This document shows positions 21,853 to 31,797 of a stretch of 40,373 nucleotides of DNA, piece after piece (position 1 is the first letter of the stretch; each line of letters starts with the position of its first letter). A program made the position numbers and the translations under genes. The notes beneath the pieces are model-generated. The model had not been told where the DNA came from. It did no database searches and saw only the letters and a list, made by a program, of their open reading frames with translations. Source of the DNA: Candidatus Planktophila sp. (GTDB taxonomy: Bacteria; Actinomycetota; Actinomycetes; Nanopelagicales; Nanopelagicaceae); assembly GCA_036723815.1 (NCBI GenBank), contig DAIMGQ010000001.1, positions 1-40,373 of the forward strand, in the 5' to 3' direction.

Positions 21853-23534
21853 TGAATCATCCACATCCAAATCTAAGTACTCCGCCAAAGTTAGTTGACG
21901 GTGGTTTGCGCATAGTCGCACTCGGTGGCCTTACTGAAATTGGCCGCAATATGACTGTCTTTGAATATAAATCAAAGCTCTTAATTGTGGACTGTGGCGT
22001 CTTGTTTCCTGAAGATACTCAACCAGGTATTGACTTGATTCTTCCTGATTTTTCTTACATCAGAGATCGTCTGGATGATGTTATAGGTATCTTTTTAACG
22101 CATGGTCACGAAGACCATATTGGTGCGGTTCCATATCTATTGCGTGAACGTGGCGATATTGCAATTTATGGTTCTGCCTTAACCCTTGCACTGATCACAG
22201 CAAAACTGAAAGAACATCGCATCACTCCACTTACACGTGAGGTGAAAGAAGGTGGCACTGAAGATATTGGACCTTTTACTTTGGAGTTTGTTGCGGTCAA
22301 TCACTCAATTCCAGATGCGTTGGCCGTTGTTATCAATACAGAAGCAGGTCGAGTATTGGCCACTGGTGATTTCAAGATGGATCAACTACCACTAGATGGT
22401 CGCATTACAGATTTGCGAACATTTGCACGTCTGGGCGAGCAAGGTGTTGATCTATTTATGGTCGATTCAACTAACGCCGATGTTCCAGGGTTCACACCTT
22501 CAGAGCGCGAAATTATGCCAGCGCTTAATCGAGTTATTTCCTCAACCAAGCGCCGTGTCATCGTTGCTTCATTTTCTTCACATGTTCACCGTGTTCAGCA
22601 AGTCATTGATATTTCCGCACAGCATGGACGCAAAGTCGTATTCATCGGACGTTCCATGGTTCGTAACATGAAGATCGCTGAGGACATGGGATATCTCAAT
22701 GTGCCTGCTGATTTAGTCATCGATGCCAAAGATCTAGATCAGTATGATGACAATGTTGTGTTGATTTGCACAGGGTCACAAGGTGAGCCAATGGCTGCGC
22801 TCTCTCGCATGGCTAACGGCGATCATCAGATTCGTGTTGGCGAAGGCGACACAGTTATTTTAGCTTCATCTCTTATTCCAGGAAATGAGAACTCAGTATT
22901 TCGCATTATCAACGAGTTAACACGTTTTGGCGCAAAGGTGGTTCATAAAGCAAATGCAATGGTGCACGTTTCTGGCCACGCTGCAGCAGGAGAGCTTCTT
23001 TATTGCTACAACATAGTTAAGCCCAAGTATGTGTTGCCAATTCACGGAGAATGGCGTCACCTGAAAGCAAACGCAGAGCTGGCGATCCAATCAGGTGTTC
23101 CACGAGGAAACACATTCATTATTGATAATGGTGTGGTTATCGACATGGTTAATCATGAGGCAGAAGTTGTAGGTGCAATTCCTGTGGGGTTTGTTTTTGT
23201 TGATGGACAGAGTATTGGCGATATTACTGAGAGCTCTTTGAAGGATCGACGCATTCTGGGTGAAGAAGGATTCATTTCATGTGTTGTTGTTATCGATTCT
23301 CAAAGTGGCAAGATCGTTGCGGGACCAGATATTCATGCACGAGGGTTTAATGAAGATGCAGCGATGTTTGATGAGGTCAAGCTTCGTATTGAAAAAGCCT
23401 TAGCAGCAGCCGTTGTTGATGGAATCAATGGAACCCATCAACTATCTCAAATTGTGCGAAAGACAATAGGTGGATGGGTTGGGGGAGAGCATCGACGAAA
23501 GCCGATGATTGTCCCTGTCGTTATTGAAGTTTAA
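21852..23534 (+). CDS. rnj: Ribonuclease J
   Basis: 'THGHEDHIG', 'TGSQGEP', 'HVSGHA'. Confidence 0.96.
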   Translation: MNHPHPNLSTPPKLVDGGLRIVALGGLTEIGRNMTVFEYKSKLLIVDCGVLFPEDTQPGIDLILPDFSYIRDRLDDVIGIFLTHGHEDHIGAVPYLLRERGDIAIYGSALTLALITAKLKEHRITPLTREVKEGGTEDIGPFTLEFVAVNHSIPDALAVVINTEAGRVLATGDFKMDQLPLDGRITDLRTFARLGEQGVDLFMVDSTNADVPGFTPSEREIMPALNRVISSTKRRVIVASFSSHVHRVQQVIDISAQHGRKVVFIGRSMVRNMKIAEDMGYLNVPADLVIDAKDLDQYDDNVVLICTGSQGEPMAALSRMANGDHQIRVGEGDTVILASSLIPGNENSVFRIINELTRFGAKVVHKANAMVHVSGHAAAGELLYCYNIVKPKYVLPIHGEWRHLKANAELAIQSGVPRGNTFIIDNGVVIDMVNHEAEVVGAIPVGFVFVDGQSIGDITESSLKDRRILGEEGFISCVVVIDSQSGKIVAGPDIHARGFNEDAAMFDEVKLRIEKALAAAVVDGINGTHQLSQIVRKTIGGWVGGEHRRKPMIVPVVIEV

Positions 23535-23586
23535 TGCGCGGCGCGCCTAGTAGGTTCAAATTTGTTAACCCTTTACGATCAGTCGT

Positions 23587-25917
23587 GTGGCTAAAAGAAA
23601 AAAAGCAAAATCCAAGACAGGTGCTGTAGGCGGAGCACTTGGTCGTGGAGTTGGTGCCACATGGCGGTTTATCGCCAAGTCACTAGGTAAGAGCGTTCGT
23701 TTTATAGCACGCGGTGCGAAAGATTTAGATCCAGCACATCAGCGAGATGGAATCGCATTTCTAATTTTAATCCTGGCTTTAATTGCAACTGCTGGCACTT
23801 GGTTTCACTCCGATAATCTTGTAGGTCGAGCGGTTTATTCCTTTATTTATGGTGGATTTGGTCGGGTTGGTTTTATTTCACCTCTTGTTCTTATCTACTT
23901 TGCATTTAGATTATTTCGTGTTCCTGAAGATTCAAAGGCGACGGGGCGAATCATCATCGGCACACTGGCACTTGCTGTTTCATCAACCGGACTAGCTCAT
24001 TTATTCAACGGTTCCGTTGGAACAGGTGCAACGGCAATGCGTGAAGGTGGTGGATGGCTTGGCTACGGTGTCACACAACCTCTAGTTGCTTTAATGACTT
24101 CAGTCCTTGCTTATCCCGTTTTGTTTATTGTTTTCATTTTTGGTTTGTTGGTAATTACTGCAACCCCTGTCTCTGAAATTTTGACTCGCATCACAACATC
24201 TAGTAAATGGCTTTGGTCTAAGCGACCTGAACGAGCAGAGCGCGTTGAGCAAGATTTTGAAATTACAGATACTCCGGCCTTTGACACACCAGTTGTAGCG
24301 GCATGGAATGAGCCAGTTGAAGAGGAAGAAGAGCTTGACGAAGAGAGCTTTGACGAAGAGTTCACTGTCCCAGTTCCTGTTTCTCCAGTTGTTCATGCCA
24401 ATGAAAATACGGTTGCTGCCAAACGCCCAGAGCAATTGCTTCTCACGGCAGATGTTGTCTATGAGCTCCCAGCGGCGGATATGTTGCGGGCAGGCCCTGC
24501 AGCTAAAGCCAAGAGCAAAGCAAATGAGGTAGTTGTTGCTGCCTTAACTGAAGTCTTTTTGCAGTTTGAAATCGATGCACAAGTTACTGGTTTCATGCGT
24601 GGCCCAACGGTTACCAGATATGAAGTTGAACTTGGAAGCGCTGTGAAGGTCGAGCGAATTACCGCCCTTGCCAAGAATATTTCTTATGCAGTTGCCAGTA
24701 GCGATGTTCGCATCCTGTCTCCAATTCCTGGAAAATCAGCAGTTGGAATTGAGATTCCAAATGCGGATCGAGAGATAGTCGCATTGGGTGATGTTTTGCG
24801 CTCAACGGTTGCAGGACAAGATTTACATCCCATGCTTGTTGCTTTGGGTAAGGATGTTGAAGGTAATTTTGTGTGTGCAAACCTTGCCAAGATGCCTCAC
24901 CTTCTAGTTGCTGGTGCAACTGGTGCGGGTAAATCTTCAATGATTAACGCCATGATTACCTCGATTTTAATGCGAGCTACTCCAGATGATGTGCGACTAG
25001 TTCTGATTGACCCAAAGCGCGTAGAACTAACTGCCTACGAAGGTATTCCTCACTTGATTACTCCAATCATTACTAACCCTAAAAAGGCTGCAGATGCTTT
25101 AACGTGGGTAGTGCGCGAAATGGATCTTCGTTACGAGGATCTATCCACATTTGGATACAGACACATTGATGATTTCAATAAGGCAGTTCGTGCCGGAAAA
25201 GTTGTTCCGCCTCCGGGTAGTGATCGCACTGTTGAGCCATACCCATATCTACTGGTCATTATTGACGAGCTTGCAGATTTGATGATGGTTGCGGCAAAAG
25301 AGGTTGAAGAATCTGTTGTTCGCATTACTCAATTGGCACGATCTGCGGGTATCCACTTAGTCCTAGCCACGCAGCGTCCTTCTGTAGATGTTGTTACCGG
25401 TCTGATTAAAGCCAACGTTCCATCTAGACTTTCATTTGCAACTAGCTCACTTGCTGATAGTCGAGTTATTTTGGATACGCCTGGTGCAGAAAAGCTTGTG
25501 GGGCAAGGAGATGCCTTGTTTATTCCTATGGGATCAAGCCGAGCGATAAGAATTCAAGGCGCATATGTATCAGAGCGCGAAATTGAGGCTGTAACAACAC
25601 ATGTTAAAAAGCAGTTAAAGCCAAGGTATCGAGATGATGTGACAGCACCTGTTAATCAAATGAAAATGGTTGATAAAGAAATTGGCGATGATCTCGATAT
25701 TTTGTGTCAGGCTGTTGAACTTGTCGTTGGCACGCAATTTGGCTCCACATCAATGTTGCAAAGAAAATTGCGTGTTGGTTTTGCAAAAGCTGGACGATTG
25801 ATGGATTTGATGGAATCTCGTGGCATCGTTGGGCCATCAGAAGGATCAAAGGCACGTACCGTTTTGGTTAAGCCTGATGAACTCGATTCGGTGCTGGCGA
25901 CTCTTCGAGATTATTAA
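23587..25917 (+). CDS. ftsK: DNA translocase FtsK
   Basis: N-terminal TM domain, 'GATGAGKS', 'IIDELAD', gamma domain 'STSMLQRKLRVGFAKAGR'. Confidence 0.97.
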   Translation: MAKRKKAKSKTGAVGGALGRGVGATWRFIAKSLGKSVRFIARGAKDLDPAHQRDGIAFLILILALIATAGTWFHSDNLVGRAVYSFIYGGFGRVGFISPLVLIYFAFRLFRVPEDSKATGRIIIGTLALAVSSTGLAHLFNGSVGTGATAMREGGGWLGYGVTQPLVALMTSVLAYPVLFIVFIFGLLVITATPVSEILTRITTSSKWLWSKRPERAERVEQDFEITDTPAFDTPVVAAWNEPVEEEEELDEESFDEEFTVPVPVSPVVHANENTVAAKRPEQLLLTADVVYELPAADMLRAGPAAKAKSKANEVVVAALTEVFLQFEIDAQVTGFMRGPTVTRYEVELGSAVKVERITALAKNISYAVASSDVRILSPIPGKSAVGIEIPNADREIVALGDVLRSTVAGQDLHPMLVALGKDVEGNFVCANLAKMPHLLVAGATGAGKSSMINAMITSILMRATPDDVRLVLIDPKRVELTAYEGIPHLITPIITNPKKAADALTWVVREMDLRYEDLSTFGYRHIDDFNKAVRAGKVVPPPGSDRTVEPYPYLLVIIDELADLMMVAAKEVEESVVRITQLARSAGIHLVLATQRPSVDVVTGLIKANVPSRLSFATSSLADSRVILDTPGAEKLVGQGDALFIPMGSSRAIRIQGAYVSEREIEAVTTHVKKQLKPRYRDDVTAPVNQMKMVDKEIGDDLDILCQAVELVVGTQFGSTSMLQRKLRVGFAKAGRLMDLMESRGIVGPSEGSKARTVLVKPDELDSVLATLRDY

Positions 25918-26042
25918 CAAAGGGTAAACAATGAGTGTGGTGGGCCTCTTTCACCCCTAATGCTCACTCTTACCCCTTCTCTCGGTGACTAGTTTTCCTT
26001 TAGACTTTTCACTCACCCCACAGCCAGTTTGAGGATTAGTTC

Positions 26043-26780
26043 ATGTCTCTTGGATCGATGATTACTCAAGCACGTAAGAGTGCTGGGCTGAGCATTGACG
26101 ATCTCTCGGCTTCAACAAATATTCGCAGTTCACTATTGCGTGAGATGGAATCGGATTCTTTTCATAAATGCGGTGGTGAAACATATGCCCGTGGTCATAT
26201 TCGTAACATTGCTACAAAGCTAGGCGTTGATCCGCAGATTTTCATTGCCGCTTTTGAAGAAGAGCAAATGCGGGTGGATCGATCGATTAAAGATTTACTT
26301 GTTGAAAATAGTGTTATGCGTTTACCAGAACAGGCCCGCAAGGTTTCTTGGAAAGTACTAGCAACAATCTCGGTGGCATCATTATTTGTCGTGGGACTTG
26401 CACAGATCATCATTTCAAACACAGCATCTGTTGATATTCCAGCACCGGTGGCTTCAAGTACAGAGAGTGCAACCCCTTCACCAGAAGCAACTGAGTCAAC
26501 TCCGACTGAGCAGGCAACAGTTTCAACAGGCACTGGAGTCGAGTTAATTGTTACTGCAGAACGTGCAAAGAGCTGGCTCTTTGTATCGGATGCAACGGGC
26601 CGCACACTTTTTAGTGGCCAAGTTTCCCAAGGCAGCACCAAAACCTTTAGCACTGATGTATCTCTGAATGTGAAGATTGGCAATGCAGGGGGAGTTGATT
26701 TAACTGTTAATGGTAAGAAAGTCGATTCAATCGGCGGTGATGGGGAAGTAGTTAGCGTGTCGTACGGAGTAGATTCTTAA
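26043..26780 (+). CDS. rodZ: RodZ-like HTH/DUF4115 membrane protein
   Basis: N-terminal HTH, '[10 protein letters not shown]', TM segment, '[14 protein letters not shown]'; ftsK-rodZ-rimO synteny. Confidence 0.85.
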   Translation: MSLGSMITQARKSAGLSIDDLSASTNIRSSLLREMESDSFHKCGGETYARGHIRNIATKLGVDPQIFIAAFEEEQMRVDRSIKDLLVENSVMRLPEQARKVSWKVLATISVASLFVVGLAQIIISNTASVDIPAPVASSTESATPSPEATESTPTEQATVSTGTGVELIVTAERAKSWLFVSDATGRTLFSGQVSQGSTKTFSTDVSLNVKIGNAGGVDLTVNGKKVDSIGGDGEVVSVSYGVDS

Positions 26781-26808
26781 TAGCCTTAAACAGGGTAAGA
26801 TTGCGCAA

Positions 26809-28164
26809 ATGAAGCGCACCGTTGCAGTAGTCACTCTTGGGTGCGCACGCAACGAAGTAGATTCTGAAGAGTTAGCTGGTCGATTAGCAGCAGATGGTTG
26901 GACTCTTGTCGATGATGTGGAATCGGCCGAAGTCGCACTTGTAAACACATGTGGTTTTATCGAATCCGCAAAAAAGGATTCTATTGATACATTGCTTGAG
27001 GCAAATTCCCTCAAAGGTCATGGGGTTACACGCGCAGTTGTTGCCGTTGGTTGCATGGCTGAGCGTTATGGAAATCTATTGGCTGAGGAACTGCCTGAAA
27101 CAGATGCAATTCTAGGTTTTGATGACTACAAGGATATTTCTGCGCGCTTGCAATCTATTGTTGCCGGTGAATCTCATAAAGCACACATCCCACGGGATCG
27201 TCGAGCACTGCTACCTATTGCACCAGCCGATCGGGCAGATGCGCGTGAGAGCGAAGAGTTTTCAAGAAAGCGATTAGGTGATGCGCCTTGGGCTCCACTG
27301 AAGATCGCCTCAGGCTGTGATCGACGCTGTTCGTTCTGTGCGATTCCTTATTTCCGTGGCTCGTTTATTTCTAGACGCCCAACCGACATCATCAAAGAGG
27401 CACGTTGGCTTGCAGAAAATGGTGTCTCAGAATTGTTCTTGGTTAGTGAAAACACAACCTCATACGGAAAAGATCTAGGTGATCTGCAGTTGATGGAAAA
27501 GATCTTGCCAGATATCGCAGCACTACCTGGAGTAGAGCGAGTCCGACTTTCTTACTTACAACCAGCTGAGATGCGTCCTACATTGATTCAAGCAATGATT
27601 GCGACAGATAAAACAGCTCCCTACTTTGATTTATCCTTCCAGCACACAAGTCCAACAGTGCTTCGCCGGATGCGTCGCTTTGGAGACAGTGAGAAGTTTT
27701 TACATCTCATTAGTCAAGTGCGTGCGGTTTCACCAGAGGCTGGTATCCGTTCAAACTTTATTGTTGGTTTCCCGGGTGAAACGCAAGAGGATTTTGATGA
27801 TTTGGCTGACTTTATTACTAAAGCAAAGCTAGATGCGGTCGGTGTATTTGGGTACTCAGATGAGGACAACACTGAAGCATTAAATCTTGTTGACAAGGTT
27901 GATGCAGATGTCATTGCCCAGCGGGTTGAGACATTGTCTTCACTAGCCGATGAAATGGTTTCATTGCGAGCACAGGGGCGAATTGGTGAGACTGTGCGTG
28001 TTTTGATTGAAGATGAAGAATTACAAGAGGGCCGCGCAGCTCATCAGGGTCCTGAAGTAGATGGCACAACATCATTTATTGGTACTAACTACACAGTTGG
28101 GCAGTATGTTGACGCCGTTGTTATTGACTCGATGGGTGCGGATTTGGTGGCTAAGCCGCTATGA
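26809..28164 (+). CDS. rimO: Ribosomal protein S12 methylthiotransferase
   Basis: '[11 protein letters not shown]', 'NTCGFI', radical-SAM 'CDRRCSFC', 'PEVDG'. Confidence 0.95.
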   Translation: MKRTVAVVTLGCARNEVDSEELAGRLAADGWTLVDDVESAEVALVNTCGFIESAKKDSIDTLLEANSLKGHGVTRAVVAVGCMAERYGNLLAEELPETDAILGFDDYKDISARLQSIVAGESHKAHIPRDRRALLPIAPADRADARESEEFSRKRLGDAPWAPLKIASGCDRRCSFCAIPYFRGSFISRRPTDIIKEARWLAENGVSELFLVSENTTSYGKDLGDLQLMEKILPDIAALPGVERVRLSYLQPAEMRPTLIQAMIATDKTAPYFDLSFQHTSPTVLRRMRRFGDSEKFLHLISQVRAVSPEAGIRSNFIVGFPGETQEDFDDLADFITKAKLDAVGVFGYSDEDNTEALNLVDKVDADVIAQRVETLSSLADEMVSLRAQGRIGETVRVLIEDEELQEGRAAHQGPEVDGTTSFIGTNYTVGQYVDAVVIDSMGADLVAKPL

Positions 28165-28706
28165 AACTTCCTGCATTTATAACTCCAAATTTCATCACTG
28201 TCATGCGTTTATTGTTTGTTCCAGTTGGTGCATATACGCTTTTTAAAAATGGTGGAGATGATCCAACCTGGCAATACATCTCTTGGTGTGTTTTCTTTGT
28301 ACTCGGATTATCAGATATTCTGGATGGAAATTTGGCTCGAAGCCGAGGCACGATCACAAAGTTTGGTGAGTTTCTAGATCCAGTTGCCGACAAATTTATG
28401 CTTGGTACAGCGATGGTCTCATTGTCGATTTTGGGAAGAATGCCTTGGTGGATCACATGTGTGATTTTGTTCCGTGAAATTGGGATCACGCTGTTTAGAC
28501 TCTCTGTCATTAAACGAGGAGTCATTCCGGCGAATAAGGGTGGCAAAATTAAGGCAACGTTGCAGAACTTTGGTGTTGGCTTCTATGTTCTACCCCTTAG
28601 CTCCAATCTTTACTGGTTCCGCGATGGCCTCATGTTCGTTGCAGTGGTACTCACTATCGTTACAGGTGTGTATTATGTAAAATCTACCTTCACGCAAAAA
28701 GCGTGA
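28161..28706 (+). CDS. pgsA: CDP-diacylglycerol--glycerol-3-phosphate 3-phosphatidyltransferase
   Basis: 'DILDGNLAR...[10 protein letters not shown]'. Confidence 0.92.
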   Translation: MKLPAFITPNFITVMRLLFVPVGAYTLFKNGGDDPTWQYISWCVFFVLGLSDILDGNLARSRGTITKFGEFLDPVADKFMLGTAMVSLSILGRMPWWITCVILFREIGITLFRLSVIKRGVIPANKGGKIKATLQNFGVGFYVLPLSSNLYWFRDGLMFVAVVLTIVTGVYYVKSTFTQKA

Positions 28707-28725
28707 TTTACGAAAGGTTTGGCAG

Positions 28726-29217
28726 ATGACGTTAGCAAACGAGATCCTTGGCTTTTCTGCCGAGATCGTTGAACATCTGCGCCAACGCGGAGAAACAATT
28801 AGTACCGCTGAGTCTTTAACTGCAGGCTCTGTGAGTGCTGCAATTGTCATGGTTGCAGGAGCATCTGATGTATTTGTCGGTGGAATGACGGCATACCGAG
28901 ATGAAATTAAAGTTTCTCATCTAGATGTTGATCCAGAGCTCATTGAAAAGCACACAGTGATCAGTGAAGAGGTCGCAGTTGCGATGGCAAAGGGTGCAAT
29001 CAAATCCTTTGGAACTACGTGGGCGATTGGAACAACAGGAGTTGCAGGCCCCAACCCGTTGGGCGGTTCTGCGGCAGGTGTGGTGTGGGTAGCCATTGAA
29101 GGTCCCATCAGCCAGACGATCGAATTATCCCTTTCTGGTGATCGTGATTCTGTGCGAAACGCAGCTACATCAAGCGCGATAGCCTCCTTTGCGCGTATCC
29201 TTAGACATCGCGCTTAA
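28726..29217 (+). CDS. cinA: CinA C-terminal domain protein (NMN deamidase, PncC-like)
   Basis: 'TAESLTAG', 'GASDVF', 'TTGVAGP'. Confidence 0.88.
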   Translation: MTLANEILGFSAEIVEHLRQRGETISTAESLTAGSVSAAIVMVAGASDVFVGGMTAYRDEIKVSHLDVDPELIEKHTVISEEVAVAMAKGAIKSFGTTWAIGTTGVAGPNPLGGSAAGVVWVAIEGPISQTIELSLSGDRDSVRNAATSSAIASFARILRHRA

Positions 29218-29238
29218 AGTTCGACACGTGAAGGGAGT

Positions 29239-29511
29239 ATGACAATGGTTCTAGTTCGTGAAGCTATTGGCCAGACCCTTCGTTCTGCGCGCACTGCCCA
29301 GGGTCGCACGTTGCGCGATGTTGCTCGTGATGCACGAGTCTCACTTGGATACCTATCCGAGGTAGAACGCGGACAAAAAGAAGCATCCTCTGAATTACTA
29401 AATGCAATTTGCCTCGCACTGGGACTTTCTCTATCTGGCGTTTTCAGCGAAGTATCTGCAGAGCTTAAGAGCCGTGAGGGCGTAACTCTCACTGTTGTCG
29501 ATGCCGCTTAA
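29239..29511 (+). CDS. clgR: XRE-family regulator ClgR-like
   Basis: '[31 protein letters not shown]'; cinA-clgR synteny. Confidence 0.85.
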   Translation: MTMVLVREAIGQTLRSARTAQGRTLRDVARDARVSLGYLSEVERGQKEASSELLNAICLALGLSLSGVFSEVSAELKSREGVTLTVVDAA

Positions 29512-30022
29512 TAAGTACGCGCCACAAGTAGCAACTCACCGCCGTACACAAAACGCAATCCTTGAAGCTACAAAGCAATTAATTGCAACTACTGGCCTGC
29601 GCAAAATGTCCATGATTGAGATTGCCGATGTGTCAGAGGTTTCCCGCGCAACTTTGTATAACCATTACAGAGACAAAGAGAGTGTTATTCGCAGCCTATG
29701 TGAATCAGAGATGCAACGGTTAGTTGTCATCGCGCAAGCTGCACCAGATGCAACTTCTGCCTTAGAGAAGATTTCAATTGAAGTTTCACGTGATGAGGCA
29801 CTTGCTGCGATGCGCACACAAGATCCGGATTCATTGACCCTAGCTCTTTCGGCTCAGACAGATGTGTTATGGAAAGCATTTTCTATTGCAATGGCTCATT
29901 TGTTGGGGAAAGAAAAGAGCGAGCTGGCAACACGATGGTTAATTGGACAAGCCTTGCATCCAATTACTCCTGCACAATCTCGTGCGCAAGCAGAAGCAAT
30001 AACGGCAATTGCGAATCTCTGA
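29501..30022 (+). CDS. TetR/AcrR family transcriptional regulator
   Basis: '[20 protein letters not shown]' HTH. Confidence 0.88.
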   Translation: MPLNKYAPQVATHRRTQNAILEATKQLIATTGLRKMSMIEIADVSEVSRATLYNHYRDKESVIRSLCESEMQRLVVIAQAAPDATSALEKISIEVSRDEALAAMRTQDPDSLTLALSAQTDVLWKAFSIAMAHLLGKEKSELATRWLIGQALHPITPAQSRAQAEAITAIANL

Positions 30023-30209
30023 TCTGCGCGAACGCATCACCTTGTCATTTGGTGATGCATGGGCACCTTCATTTTCTGCAGATATTGCATTATCTGAGTT
30101 AGGTAGTAAGAGCGTGAATGAGGCCCTGGCTGCTGGGTTTGAGCCAGATGTTATTTGGAAAGCGGTGTGCAAGGCACATCCAAACGAGACAGAAAAGTAC
30201 AAGTACTAA
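30009..30209 (+). CDS. DUF3046 family protein
   Basis: 'LSELGSKSVNEALAAG...VIWKAVC', typical of the small gene near actinobacterial recA; TTG start. Confidence 0.8.
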   Translation: MRISDLRERITLSFGDAWAPSFSADIALSELGSKSVNEALAAGFEPDVIWKAVCKAHPNETEKYKY

Positions 30210-30210
30210 A

Positions 30211-31011
30211 ATGCCCGTTAGCTCCCACCGTTACACACAAGACCTCAACAAACCCGCATTAGTCCTTGTTCATGGATTGGGTTCTGCTGGAACCATTTGG
30301 AAAACTCTGGTTCCGGAGTTGATAGAAAGTTTTACGGTCTATGCCATTGACCTACCAGGCCATGGTGATGCACCACTTACTGATGATGAAGAATTGGATC
30401 CACGCTCCCTTGCGCAGGCGATAGTTGATTACATGGTTTCTGAGATAGGTGTTGAAACCATGCACGTTGCCGGAAACTCCCTTGGAGGTTGGATTGCATT
30501 AGAGATGGCAGCGGTTGCTCCAGACAAAGTTTTGAGTGTTACTGCATTGGCTCCTGCTGGTTTATGGCACGAACAACCGCCGCGAAAGTTTCCTCCAAGT
30601 CTTGATGCAAGAATCCTTGCAAAGATTTCCCAGTACTTCATGAAGACGGCGTATCGAATTCCAGTATTGAAAGCTATTGGCTATAAGAAAATCACTCACT
30701 TATGGCGTGAGTTAAGTTTTGAGTCATGTCGAGACTCAGTAATAGCGATGGCCAGATCAAAGGGCTATATGCCAATGTGGCATGGTGCAAATGGGCGCAG
30801 GTTTGAATCTGTTGTTCCTGAAAAGGTTAAACTCTCAGTAGTTTTTGGAGATGAAGATCGGACATTGCCAGAAGGGATTGCACAAGAAAAAAGCGTTGCG
30901 CCTTCTCATTCGCGGTGGATAGTTGTCGATAACTGCGCACATGTGATCATGTGGAACTATCCAACGTTGACGGTTGAGCTGATAAAGAAAACGGCCCTGA
31001 TGGCGTCATAG
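30211..31011 (+). CDS. Alpha/beta-fold hydrolase
   Basis: 'LVHGLG', 'DLPGHG', nucleophile GNSLGG, C-terminal His 'CAHV'. Confidence 0.9.
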   Translation: MPVSSHRYTQDLNKPALVLVHGLGSAGTIWKTLVPELIESFTVYAIDLPGHGDAPLTDDEELDPRSLAQAIVDYMVSEIGVETMHVAGNSLGGWIALEMAAVAPDKVLSVTALAPAGLWHEQPPRKFPPSLDARILAKISQYFMKTAYRIPVLKAIGYKKITHLWRELSFESCRDSVIAMARSKGYMPMWHGANGRRFESVVPEKVKLSVVFGDEDRTLPEGIAQEKSVAPSHSRWIVVDNCAHVIMWNYPTLTVELIKKTALMAS

Positions 31012-31566
31012 CGACGCCTCTTTACAATAGACCTCTAGGACCCAAGGATTTTTCTTATCTCCTTCAAGCAATTCGCATTCAAATTCTTGAGAAACGATTT
31101 CTTCTAATTCATGAGGATTACTCGGAACTCTTTCGCTCTTTAAGATGCGATGGGTTACTTCACCGCGAGTCTTTTTGGACATGTGGGTAATCACTTTTTT
31201 CGCACCATCTACTTTGGTGAAGACCTTGATCTCAACGGTTATCGCAACGGGGGATTGCCAGACTGTTTGATAGGTAGATGAGCGACAATCGATTATTAAC
31301 TCTGATTCGACCCCGTCTAAGGCAAGTGCAACCTGGGCGGCCATCTTTTTATTCTTTATTTTTTCTTTATACGGCTCGATCAGATCCAATGGGCGCACAA
31401 CTGCGTACTTGGCCGAGATGATGGCGATGCACGATTGGCCCAACTTCTGTTGGGCTTTAGTAAGGGTGCTCCAACCCAGGGCGGCATAGAGAACGCCCGC
31501 ATAGACCTCTATAGCCGGCCCTGGGGCGGCTGATTTCTTTTCAGAGGGCGGCAACAGGATTAACAC
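31006..31566 (-). CDS. yaaA: YaaA/DUF328 peroxide-stress protein, short form
   Basis: 'LILLPPSEKK', 'YAGVLY', 'IDCRS..Y', 'HMSKKTRG'; GTG 31566. Confidence 0.78.
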   Translation of the reverse strand: MLILLPPSEKKSAAPGPAIEVYAGVLYAALGWSTLTKAQQKLGQSCIAIISAKYAVVRPLDLIEPYKEKIKNKKMAAQVALALDGVESELIIDCRSSTYQTVWQSPVAITVEIKVFTKVDGAKKVITHMSKKTRGEVTHRILKSERVPSNPHELEEIVSQEFECELLEGDKKNPWVLEVYCKEASL

Positions 31567-31599
31567 CGGCTCAGTATGGTGGGGCGACACGCCTAAATC

Positions 31600-31621
31600 C
31601 GTCAGTGCCACCTGTTACCTT
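31600..31621 (+). promoter_or_regulatory. RecA-NDp/PafBC-type promoter of recA
   Basis: CGTCAG-N10(TGCCACCTGT)-TACCTT versus consensus TGTCRG-N10-TANNNT. Confidence 0.7.
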
Positions 31622-31637
31622 TCGAACAGATGTTCGG
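31622..31637. promoter_or_regulatory. LexA (SOS) box
   Basis: TCGAAC-AGAT-GTTCGG, one mismatch to the actinobacterial TCGAAC-N4-GTTCGA, upstream of recA. Confidence 0.85.
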
Positions 31638-31797
31638 ATAAACTTTCCGAGTACAACCAGAGCGGTTCCAACCTCCGCCTGCAGCTCTTCTCCACACTCG
31701 ATGTGGGGAATCTGTAGTCCGTCGTTGGGTCTCCGTACCTTCTGGGCCAGACCAAACGAACTGCACAACGCAGGACGTTCTATCGAAAGGAATGTAC

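Noticed and set aside
30118..30210. Longer N-terminal extensions in the ORF track (hydrolase, azlD, dapA, rpsO, yaaA, Lrp)
   Set aside because: Downstream starts fit SD, leaderless or overlap geometry and family N-termini better.
31630..31641. Tiny ATG TTC GGA TAA ORF near the recA start site
   Set aside because: It falls within the LexA box sequence and is probably coincidental.
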